A stretch of 64,000 nt of DNA, from assembly GCF_006345805.1 (NCBI RefSeq), contig NC_043011.1, positions 1,054,001 to 1,118,000 of the forward strand. Reading direction: 5' to 3'. The translations under genes and the position numbers were made by a program. Shown here in pieces: positions 25,571-39,210 of the stretch (positions within the stretch are counted from its first letter, which is position 1; the number at the start of each line of letters is the position of its first letter). The stretch comes from Octopus sinensis (Eukaryota). Under the pieces are notes generated by a model. That model was not told the DNA's origin. It searched no databases and saw only the letters and a list, made by a program, of their open reading frames with translations.

Positions 25571-26604
25571 TTCTCATGAGGAATTCTGGAAGGAGCTTTG
25601 TGAAACCACTGCAGAGACACTTCCGAAAAAAAAAATTCAGTAACTGTTGGAAAACCGATTAGAGCAGTGACTTGATCAATTCCTAGCGATATCTGAAGAA
25701 GGAATTTTTATATTTCAAAATATTATATCAGACTATGGATGATTAAATTATAACAGTTATTATAGTCCACTCTACATTGTTGTGCCATTCAAGACATGTT
25801 ATATTCGCAAACAATACACAATGCTTCAAGCGAACTACAATACTTTCATATATATATATAACTGAAATTTTCAAGACAATGTTACTAATTCTACTTCTGA
25901 TTATTTTGTAAACATTTTAATTTAAAAAAATTAAGTAATATATATATAACAAACTGATCTTAAAAAACAGACTGAATGCAAGAATGCAAAAAAGTTTTAC
26001 TATATAAAGATAAAATTTTGAATCTATTGAAAGTTTATTCACCTTTACCTTAAAGGTAAAAGTGAATAAACTTTCAATAGAAACAATATTTTCTAATTAT
26101 TGATATACTTTTATATAGGTATTTTGTAACTGTTCTTTTTTAAAGAATTTTGTTATTAGAAAATTGGTGTTCAGGCTGGAAATCTATTATACTGTTAGAA
26201 AAGGAGATATCAAACAAAACTACCAAAGCGGTTATGATTATGCCAGTTTATGTATTTCAAAATAAATTTTGAATATTTGTGTGGATTCCATTATGATAGT
26301 GGACAGGCAGATTTTTTTTATCTTGTAGTATTTGTTCTGGATTTTTATGTTCTGAGTTCAAATCTTGCTAGGGGTTAACTTTTCTTTTTTATTTTTTCAA
26401 CATCAGTGAAATAAAGTACCAGCCAAGTACTAAGGTTGATTTAATTGGCTACCAATTTGTATTAACTTGCAATAGGGTAGCATGGAAAGGTAGAATAGGT
26501 TGCAATGGCATATGAAGTGACCAATTTTAGCTGCAACATCCCATATAACACAGCAAATATTCACATCTACACACCTTTATCATTCTCTCATACACATCAT
26601 CATC

Positions 26605-26940
26605 ATCATTTGTTTTTCATGCTGGCAAGGGGTAGACAGTTTGACTAGAACTAGTGAACCAGAGAGCTGTATCAGGCTCCAGTTTGGTTTGGTTTCTACA
26701 ATTGGATGCCCTTCCTAACACCAGCCACTCTACAGGGGGTAATGAGTGCCTTCCACATGTCACTGGCATGGTTGTCTATTATGTGCCACTGTCATGGTTG
26801 CCTTTTACATGTCACCAGCATTGGCCATGACTACAATTTCACTTGGCTTGATGTGTCTTCTCATGCACAGCAAATTACTTGAGGTCTTGATCACTTGTTA
26901 CCACTCCATGAGGCTCAACATCTGAAGATCATGGTTTAGC
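26605..26940 (-). mobile_element. Old RTE family 1 3'-UTR fragment
   Basis: catcatcatcatcattt..catgctggc..ggatgcccttcctaacaccagccactc. Confidence 0.7.
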
Positions 26941-27032
26941 TCCTTGGAAATCCTTTTATAAAAAAGGATAACATAAAAGAAAGAACAGTGTCATACATAC
27001 ATATGTGTGTAAATAATAGAAAGCAGCTCTAC

Positions 27033-27090
27033 CTTCTCATCAAATGATGAGTTTAGAAATGACATGTTTGCCAATAAGTACCATCTAAAT
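27033..27090 (-). CDS. Candidate coding exon (FRWYLLANMSFLNSSFDEK)
   Basis: ttttcttgcag acceptor, gtagag donor, one open frame. Confidence 0.22.
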
Positions 27091-27833
27091 CTGCAAGAAA
27101 ATTAATGAAATTATTATTTTTGTAGCATGAAATTTTTTGTGCGTTTTTTTTTCCTGAAATATATCAGTATCAACATTTTATGGTTTTCAGACTAGGCACC
27201 TTTTCCATGTAAATGATGTTAAGGAATAAATCAATGAGTTTAAACACTGGTAATTCTGTATCACCGTATCTTATATTTTATGATGATCTTGTTTTTAGCA
27301 TGGAAATAGAATGACATAAATATTTTCCTCTTACTAACAATTCCAACATAAAAGAAAAACTACAGAAATGTTGAGTTTACAAAAACTGTGCATGGAAATT
27401 GCTCTAAATATATTATTATTTGACAAATATTAAAGTAACTTCCATAAAGCAGAGTTAAGCTCATTGTGAGTAGTTTTATTGCAGACTGAAGCTCTTTTAT
27501 TCAAATATTTTGTTAATGTTTTATCAAAACGACAGTGATGAATATATCAAATTCTCAGTTAAAAGGCCAAAAGAAAGCAATATTTTGCAATTATTACAAT
27601 TTTATGCCATTAAAATGTTATTGGAGATATTTTAATGCAAATAACTGCTTGATATATCTTGGCATTCTTTAAAACCTGTTGGTATTGCAACAGAATATTG
27701 GGGCAGGTGTAAGAATACCAAATTAGTTACTTGACAATATCTAGCTTATTTCTCTTATTTCTGTATTAAATCACGTGAGATTAGTCATTCCCTTTCTTCA
27801 CTCAACAGGTTAATAAATAGGGGTACAAGCAGT

Positions 27834-28390
27834 ATGGTGGCTGCCCCCCTCGTTATCGAGTATGGCCATTACATGAAGCTTAATCAATGTTGTTATCGTG
27901 CAATGCCTGTGCAAAAAGATGTTTTTTAAAGTGAGGAAAGGCTGTGCACTGAGTCAATCCCACTCACTAAGCAACAGCAGCCATATTCTGAAAAGAAGAA
28001 CAAGTCAACATCATCGGTAACCACTGAGCCGCAGGTTTTATGTCGGAGTTATCCCAGTTACCTGAGTTACCTTCTCCTAGAAGGATGCCCTAACAAAGGC
28101 TAGGAGTCCTTCACTCCCAATGGTTTAACTGCACGATTGGGTATTCAGTCCAATTATTTCTATGTCCCCACGCATGATACAGCCTTAAGACATTTATTGG
28201 ATGGCCGTTGACTCTCAAGAGTTTCTCCGCTCTTTGACGGGTTCTGTTTTTCATCCCGCAGGGTGTCCAATAAACACCCTCCTCACCAAGCAAGCTTGGT
28301 GGAGTTGCTGGTTTAGTCGCCGACAACTCGACCATGCAACAAGTTGTACTGGGTTACATGTTGCCAGTAGCACTCGAAATTGACCTGACA
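27834..28390 (-). mobile_element. Family D, copy 2
   Basis: Collinear with 3303-3858. Confidence 0.8.
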
Positions 28391-28860
28391 TAATACATAA
28401 ATACATACATACATAAAGGACAAAGGAAATTTTCGTCAGGGTAACTCAAATTGATAGGTATGCATTCTGAGTGCTCAAATGGGTGTGCCACTAAAAATTC
28501 CACTTTGAACAGCAGTCAAAGTTATGGTATGTGATTGTCTTGTTCAAAGTGGCTAGAAGTGGCTTTGCTATGAGGAAGTAAGTATAGGTTAAAGTAGTGA
28601 GGAGAAGCAAACAATTAGACTCAACAAGGACATAATTGTTTGCCTTTCCTCACTTCTTTAACCTATACATACGTATAAAAATATTTACTATAAAAACTTT
28701 TTTTTAATGTGAATGTCTTCAAAGACTCATGAATTCTATTAAAGCCAATGCTTAGCTCAGTATTAAGGAATATGAAACAAATATTTTCTTGCATACTTTC
28801 TATCTTAGATGATATTCTCTCATTATTTGTTATACTTTTAACATCAGGGTAAATTGATGT

Positions 28861-29190
28861 CATCATCATTATCATCATCATCATTTAACATCCGTTTTCC
28901 ATGCTAGCATGGGTTGAACGGTTCGACCGGGGTCTGGTAAGCCATGGAGGCTGCACCAGTCTCTAGTCTGATTTGGCAGTGTTTCTACAGCTAGATGCCC
29001 TTCCTAACGTCAACCACTCCATGAGTGTGGTGAGTGATTTTTACGTGCCTCCGGCACAGGAGCCACAACAGGCTGGCAAATGGCCACAATCAGTTGGTGC
29101 TTTTACGTGTCACCGACACAGACGCCAGTCAGGCGATGCTAGTATCTGCCATGTTCGGACGGTGCTTTTTACGTGTCACCGGAATGGGTG
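28861..29190 (-). mobile_element. RTE family 1 3'-UTR fragment
   Basis: (ATC)n followed by tttaacatccgttttccatgctagcatgggttg. Confidence 0.85.
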
Positions 29191-29326
29191 TCTTAACTAC
29201 AATAAAAATTTAAATGCTATGCACAAATGTATACCTATGTATGCTTATATAAATATACATAAAACCTCTACAGTAGATTTGAATGCTTTGACCTCATTAC
29301 TTAATACTATGATTTGCTCCAAATAG

Positions 29327-29579
29327 CTATAATGCTGCAGTAGTCACAATGAGAGAAACTCTCATGTTGGCTTTTGGTGCTTAACGTACTCCTGTTTAAA
29401 TCACTAGCTGTTGAGTGTCTGTCATTGACGAGACTAAGGAAAGTCGAAATCATGTGATCTGGTGGTCTCAGCTCTGAAGGTGGTGGGGATTTGTCTCCCT
29501 GCCAGTGATATAAATAAGAGTGCATTTTGCACCAAAAGCCAATGTGAGAGGTTCCCTCAAAGTAACTACTGCAGTATAG
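29327..29579. repeat. Imperfect ~52-bp inverted repeats around a ~148-bp spacer (MITE-like)
   Basis: ctgcagtagtcacaatgagagaaactctcatgttggcttttggtgc versus gcaccaaaagccaatgtgagaggttccctcaaagtaactactgcag. Confidence 0.75.
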
Positions 29580-30074
29580 TTTGTTCTAACAGAACAGCTA
29601 CATTTAAATGGGGATGAATATTACCTCTTGGTATTAATGCTGCTTCTGTCACTAATAAATATTTATTAACAAACTAAAATACTATGCTTTCTTTCCATAA
29701 TAACCTATTTACTTCTAGGCAGAGGAAATGATTACAAAATAGAATGGACTTTTGCAGAAAATAGAGCATCATAATTATAAGTACATTACAATATCATTTT
29801 GATAAATTAATAATATTTTAGCTAATCACTGTCTTATACTTGCTAATTTCATAAACACGTAATTTAGAATTCATTAAGACATTATAATAATATTGAAATT
29901 TTCGCATTGAAGATACTGTGGAATTGATTTAAAGAAAAGGTGTGTTGATATGATTTATAAATTTTCTATGAATTCAATTTATTTGTTTTAATTCCTATAA
30001 TCCGTAGGAAAGTGGGCAGTGAATCAATGAGAAGAACACAAAAGCACTAATAATAACTATAATTCATGCTGCTG

Positions 30075-30200
30075 CCACTGCTAATAATAATAATAATAAT
30101 AAAGAAGAAGAAGAGGAAGAAGAAGAGGAAGAAGAAGAAGAGGAGGAGGAAGAGGAAGAGGAGGAAGAAGAAGAGGAAGATGATGATGATGATTCTTCTT
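30075..30200. repeat. (TAA)n/(GAA,GAG)n/(GAT)n trinucleotide tract
   Basis: Direct. Confidence 0.9.
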
Positions 30201-30473
30201 CTTCTTCCAAATTTTTGGCACAAGGCCTGCAAAAAAAGAAACTTCATGAATTAAAATGCGGAAATAAATAAAATATGGCAAAGGAAAATGCTTTCTGGCT
30301 AAAGGAATATCTTTTTCCGAAGCAGTACATAATTTAATTTTTATAAATTCTTTCAGGGTTTGACCAAATATAATTAAATGGATTTTTTTAAATTTTAGAA
30401 TAATTCATTAGGCTTCTTTATGTAATTAAATCATTGCTTATTTGTTTGTAAATGTTTGTATTGCTATTCATAC

Positions 30474-30551
30474 CTTGTGGTGTAAACCAGAATTAGGAGA
30501 AATACTGATTCATGTTGATATGGATAAAGAATAAATTGTGAAGATTCTCTC
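30474..30551 (-). CDS. Candidate coding exon of an unidentified gene (RESSQFILYPYQHESVFLLILVYTT)
   Basis: ttttcaag acceptor, gtatga donor, open frame, phase-compatible with 27033-27090. Confidence 0.2.
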
Positions 30552-30749
30552 CTTGAAAAGTGCATTGGTACTTGTGTAATAACAACAATATAATCATGAG
30601 TTGTGAAGAAGAGAACAAATAAGTTTTAGTTAATCATATAATAAAGACACGAACATCTGTTTAATATTAAGTGTTTATTTCTATAAATTTTAAGTTATCC
30701 AGGAATATGGATGGGAAAAGTAAAAGATAGTCAAATAGATAGCCAAATG

Positions 30750-31157
30750 GGTGCAAGAGTGACTGTGTGGTAAGTAGCTTGTTTACCAACCACATGGTTC
30801 CGGGTTCAGTCCCACTGTGTGGCACCTTGGGCAAGTGTCTTCTACTATAGCCTCGGGCTGACCAAAGCCTCGTGAGTGGATTTGGTATATGGAAACTGAA
30901 AGAAGCCCGTCATATATATGTATATATATATATATATATGCATGTGTGTGTTTGTGTGTCTGTGTTTGTCCCCCTAGCATTGCTTGACAACCGATGCTGG
31001 TGTGTTTATGTCCCCATTACTTAGCGGTTCTGCAAAAGAGACCGATAGAATAAGTACTGGGCTTATAAAAAGAATAAGTCCCGGTGTCGAGTTGCTCGAT
31101 TAAAGGCGGTACTCCAGCATGGCCGCAGTCGAATGACTGAAACAAGTAAAAGAGTAA
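30750..31157 (+). mobile_element. SINE family A, full length
   Basis: Head, linker and tail present. Confidence 0.9.
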
Positions 31158-32366
31158 ATGAGAGAATGGCAACAACTTCTGGCAGAAATATGATGTCATG
31201 TAAACAAAACTATTTATTCACTAATAAATAGTTTAACTACAATTTTGTCTAAACAGTAAGCAATTCTTATAATAGAATGTTAGTGATATTCTAGGTAATT
31301 AGGAAATGATTTTGTTGTTCTTTTTGTCAAGTTATATACATCATCGTTGTCATTTAACTTCTGCTTTTCTGTTGTATGGATTGGGTGGGTCTTATAGTAT
31401 TTTGCCACTTAGAGACTTCAGAAACCAGCTGTCTTTGTTGTTGGTTGTAGCTTTGCCAATGGCAGAACTAAAGAATTCTAACCTGTTCTGTGAAGCATGA
31501 AGTGTTATTGGCTCGTAAAGAGTTAATAGAACCGTTCCAAATTGCATAACTTTGTTTCTGCTTCACTACAGGATGTGAGATCAAAAACAAAAGTTGACAT
31601 TTCTATCAGCTGCATATTCATGTGAAGTATAGCAACAGCAATTAAAAGTTTGGATCCTGCAATTTTGACTAGTAATATTTTAGCTGTTATCAGATAATAC
31701 TTAGTAAAAAAGAAAAAGAGCAAAAGAGCATTTTACCACCTTATACCCGCAAACACTGAAAATGACATAAGAAAGGAATGCCAATAAAATGTTTTACAGT
31801 ATCAAGTACGATAAGTTCTGATATTTAAAACATAAATTTCAAAGTTCTTTCATTGAAAGTTGATACTTTAACAAGATGCTTGCACCTGGCAAATTTCGAT
31901 TTTGGTTCTGTAGCTGACTTGTTGAATGCAGGTGCTAGAACTGGTGCCCATGGTCATGACTCTTGGTAATCCGCACAATGATTGATGCGGTATGAGTTTC
32001 TGGAGTGATCTATAGTTATGACTAGTCTTTTGATAGCTCAGTATAATTATCAGTGTGAGTCACATCTATTGATGATTGCAGTATTTCTCTGACTGAACTG
32101 GTTGACCCTGGCCCTTAATCTGTTTTGGATTTCTTTGTCCAGCATCTTGTGCATCTTATTGTTGACTAGGTTGACAGTTCTTCTGCCAAGGTTTCACACC
32201 TGCTATACTACTCCCCGTGTGCAGGTAACCAGAGCCCTGTTTGCCAGTTTGAGTTCAACATCAAATTGCCTGTCATGGGTGACCCTGCCAGATTACTGGA
32301 GGTGATTTTCCTGTCCATGGCCAGAGCAGGCAAAAGTCTCCATCGGATGGTATAGCTTAATGAGGC

Positions 32367-32589
32367 GTGATTGCAGAATCGTTAGCACGCCGGGCGAAAT
32401 GCTTTCCAGTATTTCGTCTGCAGTTACGTTCTGAGTTTAAATTCCGCCGAGGTACTTTGGCTTTCATCCTTTCGAGGTCAGTGAAATAAGTACCAGTTAT
32501 GCACTGGGGTCGATGTAATCGACTTAATCCGTTTGTCTGTCCTTGTTTGTCCCATCTGTGTTTAGCCCCTTGTGGGTAGTAAAGAAATA
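32367..32589 (+). mobile_element. SINE family B with 18-bp TSD
   Basis: TSD ggtatagcttaatgaggc at 32349-32366 and 32590-32607. Confidence 0.92.
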
Positions 32590-32619
32590 GGTATAGCTTA
32601 ATGAGGCAATCCCAGACTG

Positions 32620-33770
32620 TTGCTATCACCACATGAACTATGATGAGGAGTTAGAATTTGTGCAACTCAGTATATCATCAAAGTGAGACAAAAGTCTGAA
32701 CAGAAGGACATATTCTACTTTTCCCCTCAAAAGAAGATCTGGGCCTTGCAATAAACTACAGAAGAATTACATTGACACCAATTGCAGCAAAGGTTTACAA
32801 GGCATTGCTACTCAATCAAATCCAACCTCAAATTAAAAGAGTTCTTAGGAAAAATCAAAATGTATTCAGAAGGAGCTGCTCTGCATCTGGTCAAATTCTC
32901 ACAGTTAGGAGGACGTTGGAAGGAGTACAAACCAAAAACCTTAATCCAGTTCTGCTCTTTGTTGATTTCTCCAAGGCCTTTGACTCTGTACACAAAGATA
33001 AGATGGCAGAAATCCTTAGAGCATATGGAATCTTTGATGAAACAATAAAGGCAGTAATGATGCTGTATAAAGACACCCAGGCAAAAATGCAGTCACCAGA
33101 TAGAGAAACTGACTTCTTCAATGTTCGTGCAGGAGTACTACAGGGTGATACACCAGCTCCTTGCTTGTTCATCTTGTGTCTCAATTATGTATTGAATACG
33201 TCAGTAGTTCAACACAATGTTCTGGGTTTCACTTTGCAGAAGTCTAGAGGCAGAAGATATCTGGTCACCTACTAGACTGACACTGATTATGTTGATGGCT
33301 TAGCGCTCTTTGCAGACAACACAAAAGATGCTAAGTATTTACTCCATCTCCTGGAAAATGCAGCTGCTAACATAGGACTAAATGTGAATGAGAAGAAGAC
33401 GGAGTTTATCACCCTGAACATAGCTAGTGAAATCAGGACCATCAAACAGAAGCCCTCGAGAAATGTCAAGGCACCCAACAAAACAACGATTATATGGGAA
33501 TGTACCAACTTTCTCATCAACCGTCCAAGAGCAGAGATTGAGGTTTGCTCATCACTGCTGGAGAAGTAAAGAACTAGTGAGTAATGTGTTGCTGTGGACA
33601 CCAAATCATGGTACCACAGCGGCTGGAAGACCACAATACACATATATACAACAACTTGCACATGTTGGATGCCATAATGAAGACCTAAAAGCACTAATGG
33701 AAGATTGGGAGGAATGAAGAGAGGTGGTCAGCTGGCTCGGACAATCAGTCTGACTGGATGATGTCTCAAT
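32620..33770 (+). mobile_element. RTE-like LINE, family 2, decayed RT to 3' end
   Basis: NYRRITLTPIAAKVY..LFVDFSKAFDSVH..GVLQGDTPAP..DYVDGLAL..GLNVNEKKTE, then RLRFAHHCWRS..LLWTPNHG..GRP. Stops and frameshifts present. Confidence 0.88.
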
Positions 33771-34480
33771 AAAAAGAAAAAAAAAACAATAAAATAAATA
33801 TTGGTGTTGCTAAATCATAATTAGCTGAAAAGTAGATAAAATAAAAAAAAAGAGGTCCTTTCTTAACTTGGGTGACATTCTAAGTAGTTAACACTATGTT
33901 GTACATATTTTAAAAATGGCAAACAACCAAATTTCTGTACAATTTGATTTTTATTTATTCAACTCCACAGTATCTGATCTAAAACTTAGATTATTCTATT
34001 AACCATGTGAAACACTGAGCAGATATTGCCAAAACATTATTTTTCTGAAGTTACTTCAAGTTTGTGTATTTGCGTAAGATATTGTTTCTTTCTTTACAGG
34101 ATTATTTTGTGTTATCCTTATCAGTTAGCATTTAGATATAATCTATAATAGTATAAAGGGCAAGATTTCAGAGTTAAGGCAGTTCCATGAATTAGAACGT
34201 TGCTTTAAAACCACCTTTTTAAGGGAATATACATATTCAATTAGGTCAACCCCAAAATACAACTAAATTATCTGATCAAATACAACATAAATAGATAAAT
34301 CATTTGCACAACATTTGAAATTAAAAATGAAGGAGAACAGACCAATGTGAAATTTTTGTCATCTCCCAATTTTTAATTAATTATCAATAAGAACATATAA
34401 CTTTAAATTTAATTTATTTGCTATTGACATTGGGTATAGTGATCTTTTAGTGCATGTTCTTGTGTGCCTATATCTATATA

Positions 34481-34700
34481 TTGGTTTGTCAGATAAACTG
34501 GTTAATTTTTTCCATTTATTTTAATCTTTGCTTTCCATCAACAATTTTAACAAATCAATCAATAATTTATACTCCTTCATTGCTCATGACATCTTGCCAA
34601 AGGTCTGCTTGTTTGTCAATGAATTGATGGTAGAAATCCTGAAGTAGTGTCTTAAGAAATTCGCAGAGCCATATTTTCAGCTCCACATCATTGTTGTACT
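34481..34700 (-). mobile_element. Mariner-type transposase C-terminal relic
   Basis: NNDVELKIWLCEFL..QDFYHQFIDKQADLWQDVMSNEG*IID resembles the mariner end motif (W..FF..K..FY..GI..L..RW..V..N.G.YI). Followed by a terminus-like tgacaaaccaata. Confidence 0.55.
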
Positions 34701-34825
34701 CTCTCTCTCGCTCTCTCTCTCTCTCTCTTTTTCTCTCGCTCTATCACACTGCATTTTTCTGAAATAGTGCCTTCAGATTATCACTTTTTCTAGTCACTCT
34801 CCATAGGCTGTGTGAGTGTGTATGT

Positions 34826-35000
34826 CATCATCATCATCGTTTAGCGTCCACTTTCCATGCTAGCATGGGTTGGATGGTTCAACTGGGTTCTAGGAAGCCA
34901 GGAGGCTGGCAAACGGCCACGATTGGATGGCGCTTTTTACGTGCCATCAGCACGGAGGCCAGTCGGGGCAGCGCTGGCAATGGCCACGTTCGGATGGTAT
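34826..35000 (-). mobile_element. RTE family 1 3'-UTR fragment with internal deletion
   Basis: catcatcatcgtttagcgtcc..catgctagcatgggttgg. Confidence 0.8.
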
Positions 35001-35384
35001 GTATATGAAAGAGAGAAGAGAGAGAGAGTACTGCAAGGAAAGAAAGTGAAAGTGACGGAATGCGTAGCAGTGAAGGACAAAAAGTAGAGAAATTAAATAG
35101 CAAGGGAGAAAAGACAAAGACCAAAGGGACACAGATGAAAAAAAGAAAACCCAAAAGACCATCAATATATTACCTAGCAACAGATGCTAAGTTGTTTCAG
35201 GTAGAAAATAATCCAAGTCTTTCATTATTCAAAGGGCCATGGTCAACACATTTGTCTATAATGAAACAAAATTTCTAAGTAACTCTGAACTGATAAATAA
35301 TTATAGTGTAAAAGTTTTCACGAATTTTCTTAAAATATCTTATAGCAAAACTTTGTGAATGCTTTTAATGAAAGTACTCAAATA

Positions 35385-35542
<158 letters not shown>

Positions 35543-36111
35543 GTATGCAGCAATGAATATAAACTAGTTTTGTGATTGATTGCAATGAATAAAAATGAGT
35601 TTTTTGATTAGCTTGTAGCTGAAATATTTAGTAATAAAACAATTTGAAAATCTCATTTTAATAAAATATATTAAGATTAAAATTTATTAGACATTGTAGG
35701 TTTTGATAATTCCTTTCTTTTAGTAGAAGATACACAATTGCAACTAATTTATAAAGAGCTTTATTTATTGCTATATATTATTGCTCTTTGAAATGCATTG
35801 CTTAAAGATTACTCGGCTTTAAGATTCTGCTGACTAAAATTTTTGGTTTGTGTTTTTATTAGCAGTGCCATCTCTCACTGTTTTTAGTTATTCTTTTTTT
35901 TTTTGTTTCATGTATAGATTTTGATATGGAAGCAATTACATTCACCTTAAGTAAGTCAATGTTTCAATGTAAAATTTTGAAAATATTGATAACCAAGATG
36001 ACTTGTAATTCTTTGGAAAACAGGCCAATAACAGAGTGGCCCATAGGGAACTGAAGCTGGAGTTAAGCATTGGACCTATTGATCATTAGGATTCATAGAA
36101 TGCTTATCAAT

Positions 36112-36416
36112 GTGGAGGCACATGGCCTAGTGGTTAGAGCAGTGGACTCGCGGTCGAGGGATCACGGGTTCGAATCTCAGACCGGGCGATGTGTGTGTTT
36201 ATGAGCGAAACACCTAAGCTCCATACGGCTCCGGCAGAAGGTAATGGCAAAACTTCTGCTGACTCTCTTGCCACAACTTTCTCTCACTCTTTCCTCCTGC
36301 ATCTTGCAGCTCACCTGCGACGGACTGGCGTCCAGTCCAGGTGGGGAACCTATATGCCAAGAAACTGAGAAACCGGCCCTTATGAGCCAGGCATAGCTCG
36401 AGAAGGAACAAACAAC
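36112..36416 (+). mobile_element. SINE family C variant with a different 3' half, 13-bp TSD
   Basis: Family C head and body. 3' part cacctgcgacggactggcgtcc..ggcccttatgagcc..ctcgagaaggaacaaacaac. TSD aatgcttatcaat at 36099-36111 and 36417-36429. Confidence 0.88.
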
Positions 36417-37539
36417 AATGCTTATCAATAGTCTAGTACCTTGATAGTAAGATCTCAGTGAAACTAAGAGTGATGGTTTTTGGCTGACTTAATAAGGATA
36501 TACTGCATGAAGAAAAACTGTTTAGTGGTTTCCCATTAAGCATAATGAGATACTTTCATTTGACCAAATAGTTTCTACTAATTTGAAATATAATTTTATG
36601 TGTTCATAGACATAATGGATTTTTGAATTTGCTCTTATTTTTCCTTCTGTTGTTTTTTTCACATCTTCCCATATTTCGTTGTCGAAATTCATAAGAACGA
36701 AAATAATTAATCACAAAAATGGTAATTCATTTCTATATTCTATAATTTTATCATTCAATTTTTCTTACTCCATCAAATGTCTCTCTGGTGTAAATGAGAC
36801 AAAAGAATCATACACATACATACACACACATACACACATACATACATACATACATGTATATGTACTATATCATATTATATCATTATATTATGTGTGTATA
36901 ATACATATATATTATATCTATATATATAAATTATATATATCATATACACATATGATATATATTTTATATATATCATGTATATAAAATACACACACAGACA
37001 CACATATTATCTCCCACAACTGTAAAAGCAAAAATGAAATAAAAACAGATATATAATACTGAAATGAATAACATTTTTAAATGCTTTGAAGATGACCTGT
37101 AACATTGAATATATTAAATTCTGGGAATTTACTGTTTCACCATTGACAGATAACAGTCAATAAAGAAAATATAATGAATGAAATTAATAAATATTTTATA
37201 TTAAAATCTTATGCCTAAATAGATGAATAAAGCTTGTAAATGTGTGTCTGCTCTTATTACTACCAAACAGCGAAAGTTTCAGACAATCTCATAGCTTAAA
37301 TGTTGTTTACAAATAATTGCAGATATTTATTAGACATTGGCATATGGTGAGTTTGGACATTTTCCAAATCTGACGTCCTCTTAATTACTTTCTCATATAT
37401 ATCTCTAATAATTGTTTTTGCTAATAACATTGCATCAACTTATACTGTTTAAAGCAAGATCTATCAGATGTGAAAGATATTTGGAGCAAACATAGACACA
37501 CACATGCATGAAGAATCATGAACATGTACACATATATAC

Positions 37540-37594
<55 letters not shown>

Positions 37595-37624
37595 ATATAT
37601 ATACATACACACACATACATATAT

Positions 37625-37990
37625 CTTCTCATCTAGTTTGTCCCATAGGACAGCCCAAGACAGTTTCTACACGTTTTTCCCCATTCATCTCGATCTTCCA
37701 TAATGGTCCTCACCTCCTGTAACCCTTTCATACCAGTATCCCCCAGCAAGTTGTCCGATATAGGTCGTCTTCCTCCTTCCTCACTTGGTTCTTCTGTTAG
37801 TTGCCAGAGCACTAGCTTGTTAGCAATTTCATTGGTGTGTCTGATGCAATGTCCAGCTAGCCTTATCCTTCTATGCTGTATCTTCAATGTTACTTTTGGT
37901 AGTTCCTGATATAAGTCAGTGTTTGTTATATGACTCTTACAGGAGACCTTCTAAGCATCATCATATAACAACCATCCAACTGCTTCTTCA
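37625..37990 (-). mobile_element. RTE-like family 2 LINE, 3' end
   Basis: QLDGCYMMMLRR..ELPKVTLKIQHRRIRLAGHCIRH..LVLWQ..MEDRDEW. Confidence 0.85.
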
Positions 37991-38470
37991 ATGCTTTAGT
38001 GCAACATCTCACATCGTTGCACTTAGAAGACTGATAAAGGTAGTTAAGAGCCACAACAGGAAGGCTATCATTATCTATGTAGATTTAAAAAAAGTTTTTG
38101 ATTCAATACAGAGAGGAATGATAATAAAGATACTTAAAGCCTATGATATTCCACCAAGAATTCTGAGAGCAATAAGTAAGCTGTATGAGAACACCAGAGC
38201 AAAAGTTATCACACCTGATGGAGAGACGGAATACTTTGAAGTCAAAGCCAGAGTATTACTGGGTGACATGCTAGCACCTTATCTCTTTGCCATCGTTCTG
38301 CACTATGAAATGTGTAGAATGTACAAGGGCAAGGAAGAAGAACTGGAATTCAAACTGCATAGGCAAAGAAATAATGGCATCAAGCAGTAACAGTAACTGA
38401 CCTAGACTATGCTGATGACCTGGCATTGCTAACAGGAGGACAGATCAGGCACAGGAGGTGCTGAGCAGAT
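37990..38470 (+). mobile_element. RTE-like family 2 LINE, RT core in the opposite orientation
   Basis: SHIVALRRLI..IYVDLKKVFDSI..VLLGDMLAPYLF..DLDYADDLALL. Confidence 0.85.
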
Positions 38471-38494
38471 TAAAGCATACATATATATATATAG

Positions 38495-38528
<34 letters not shown>

Positions 38529-38869
38529 ATACACACAGATACATGTATACATACACCTTTATGTGTATGTATGCATGTATATATGTTGCCATTAGTAGAG
38601 ACAAACATTCGTTTAGTCAGTTCTTTCTGAAAAATTTCCATTGTGCATTTAGTGTTCAATTTTCCATTTGAAAATAATCATATTTGTCATCATTGTGACT
38701 GCAATGATGATGACACAAATGCTGATGACAATCATAATAAAGACGATGACACTCATCATTACAATTAAAACACTCATCAAGATGCTCATTATCTTCGGTA
38801 CTCCTCCAATAAGACATACTCTTCTCTTCTTGTCAGTCTCGTGTTGTGTATACATGTGTATTTACGTAC

Positions 38870-39210
<341 letters not shown>

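Noticed and set aside
32000-32340. GC-richer segment with a ~45-codon minus-strand frame
   Set aside because: It is interrupted by stops and could not be assigned to a gene or element family.
36112-36185. SINE heads as tRNA genes
   Set aside because: A and B boxes are present, but there is no complete cloverleaf or acceptor stem, and each head continues into a SINE body.
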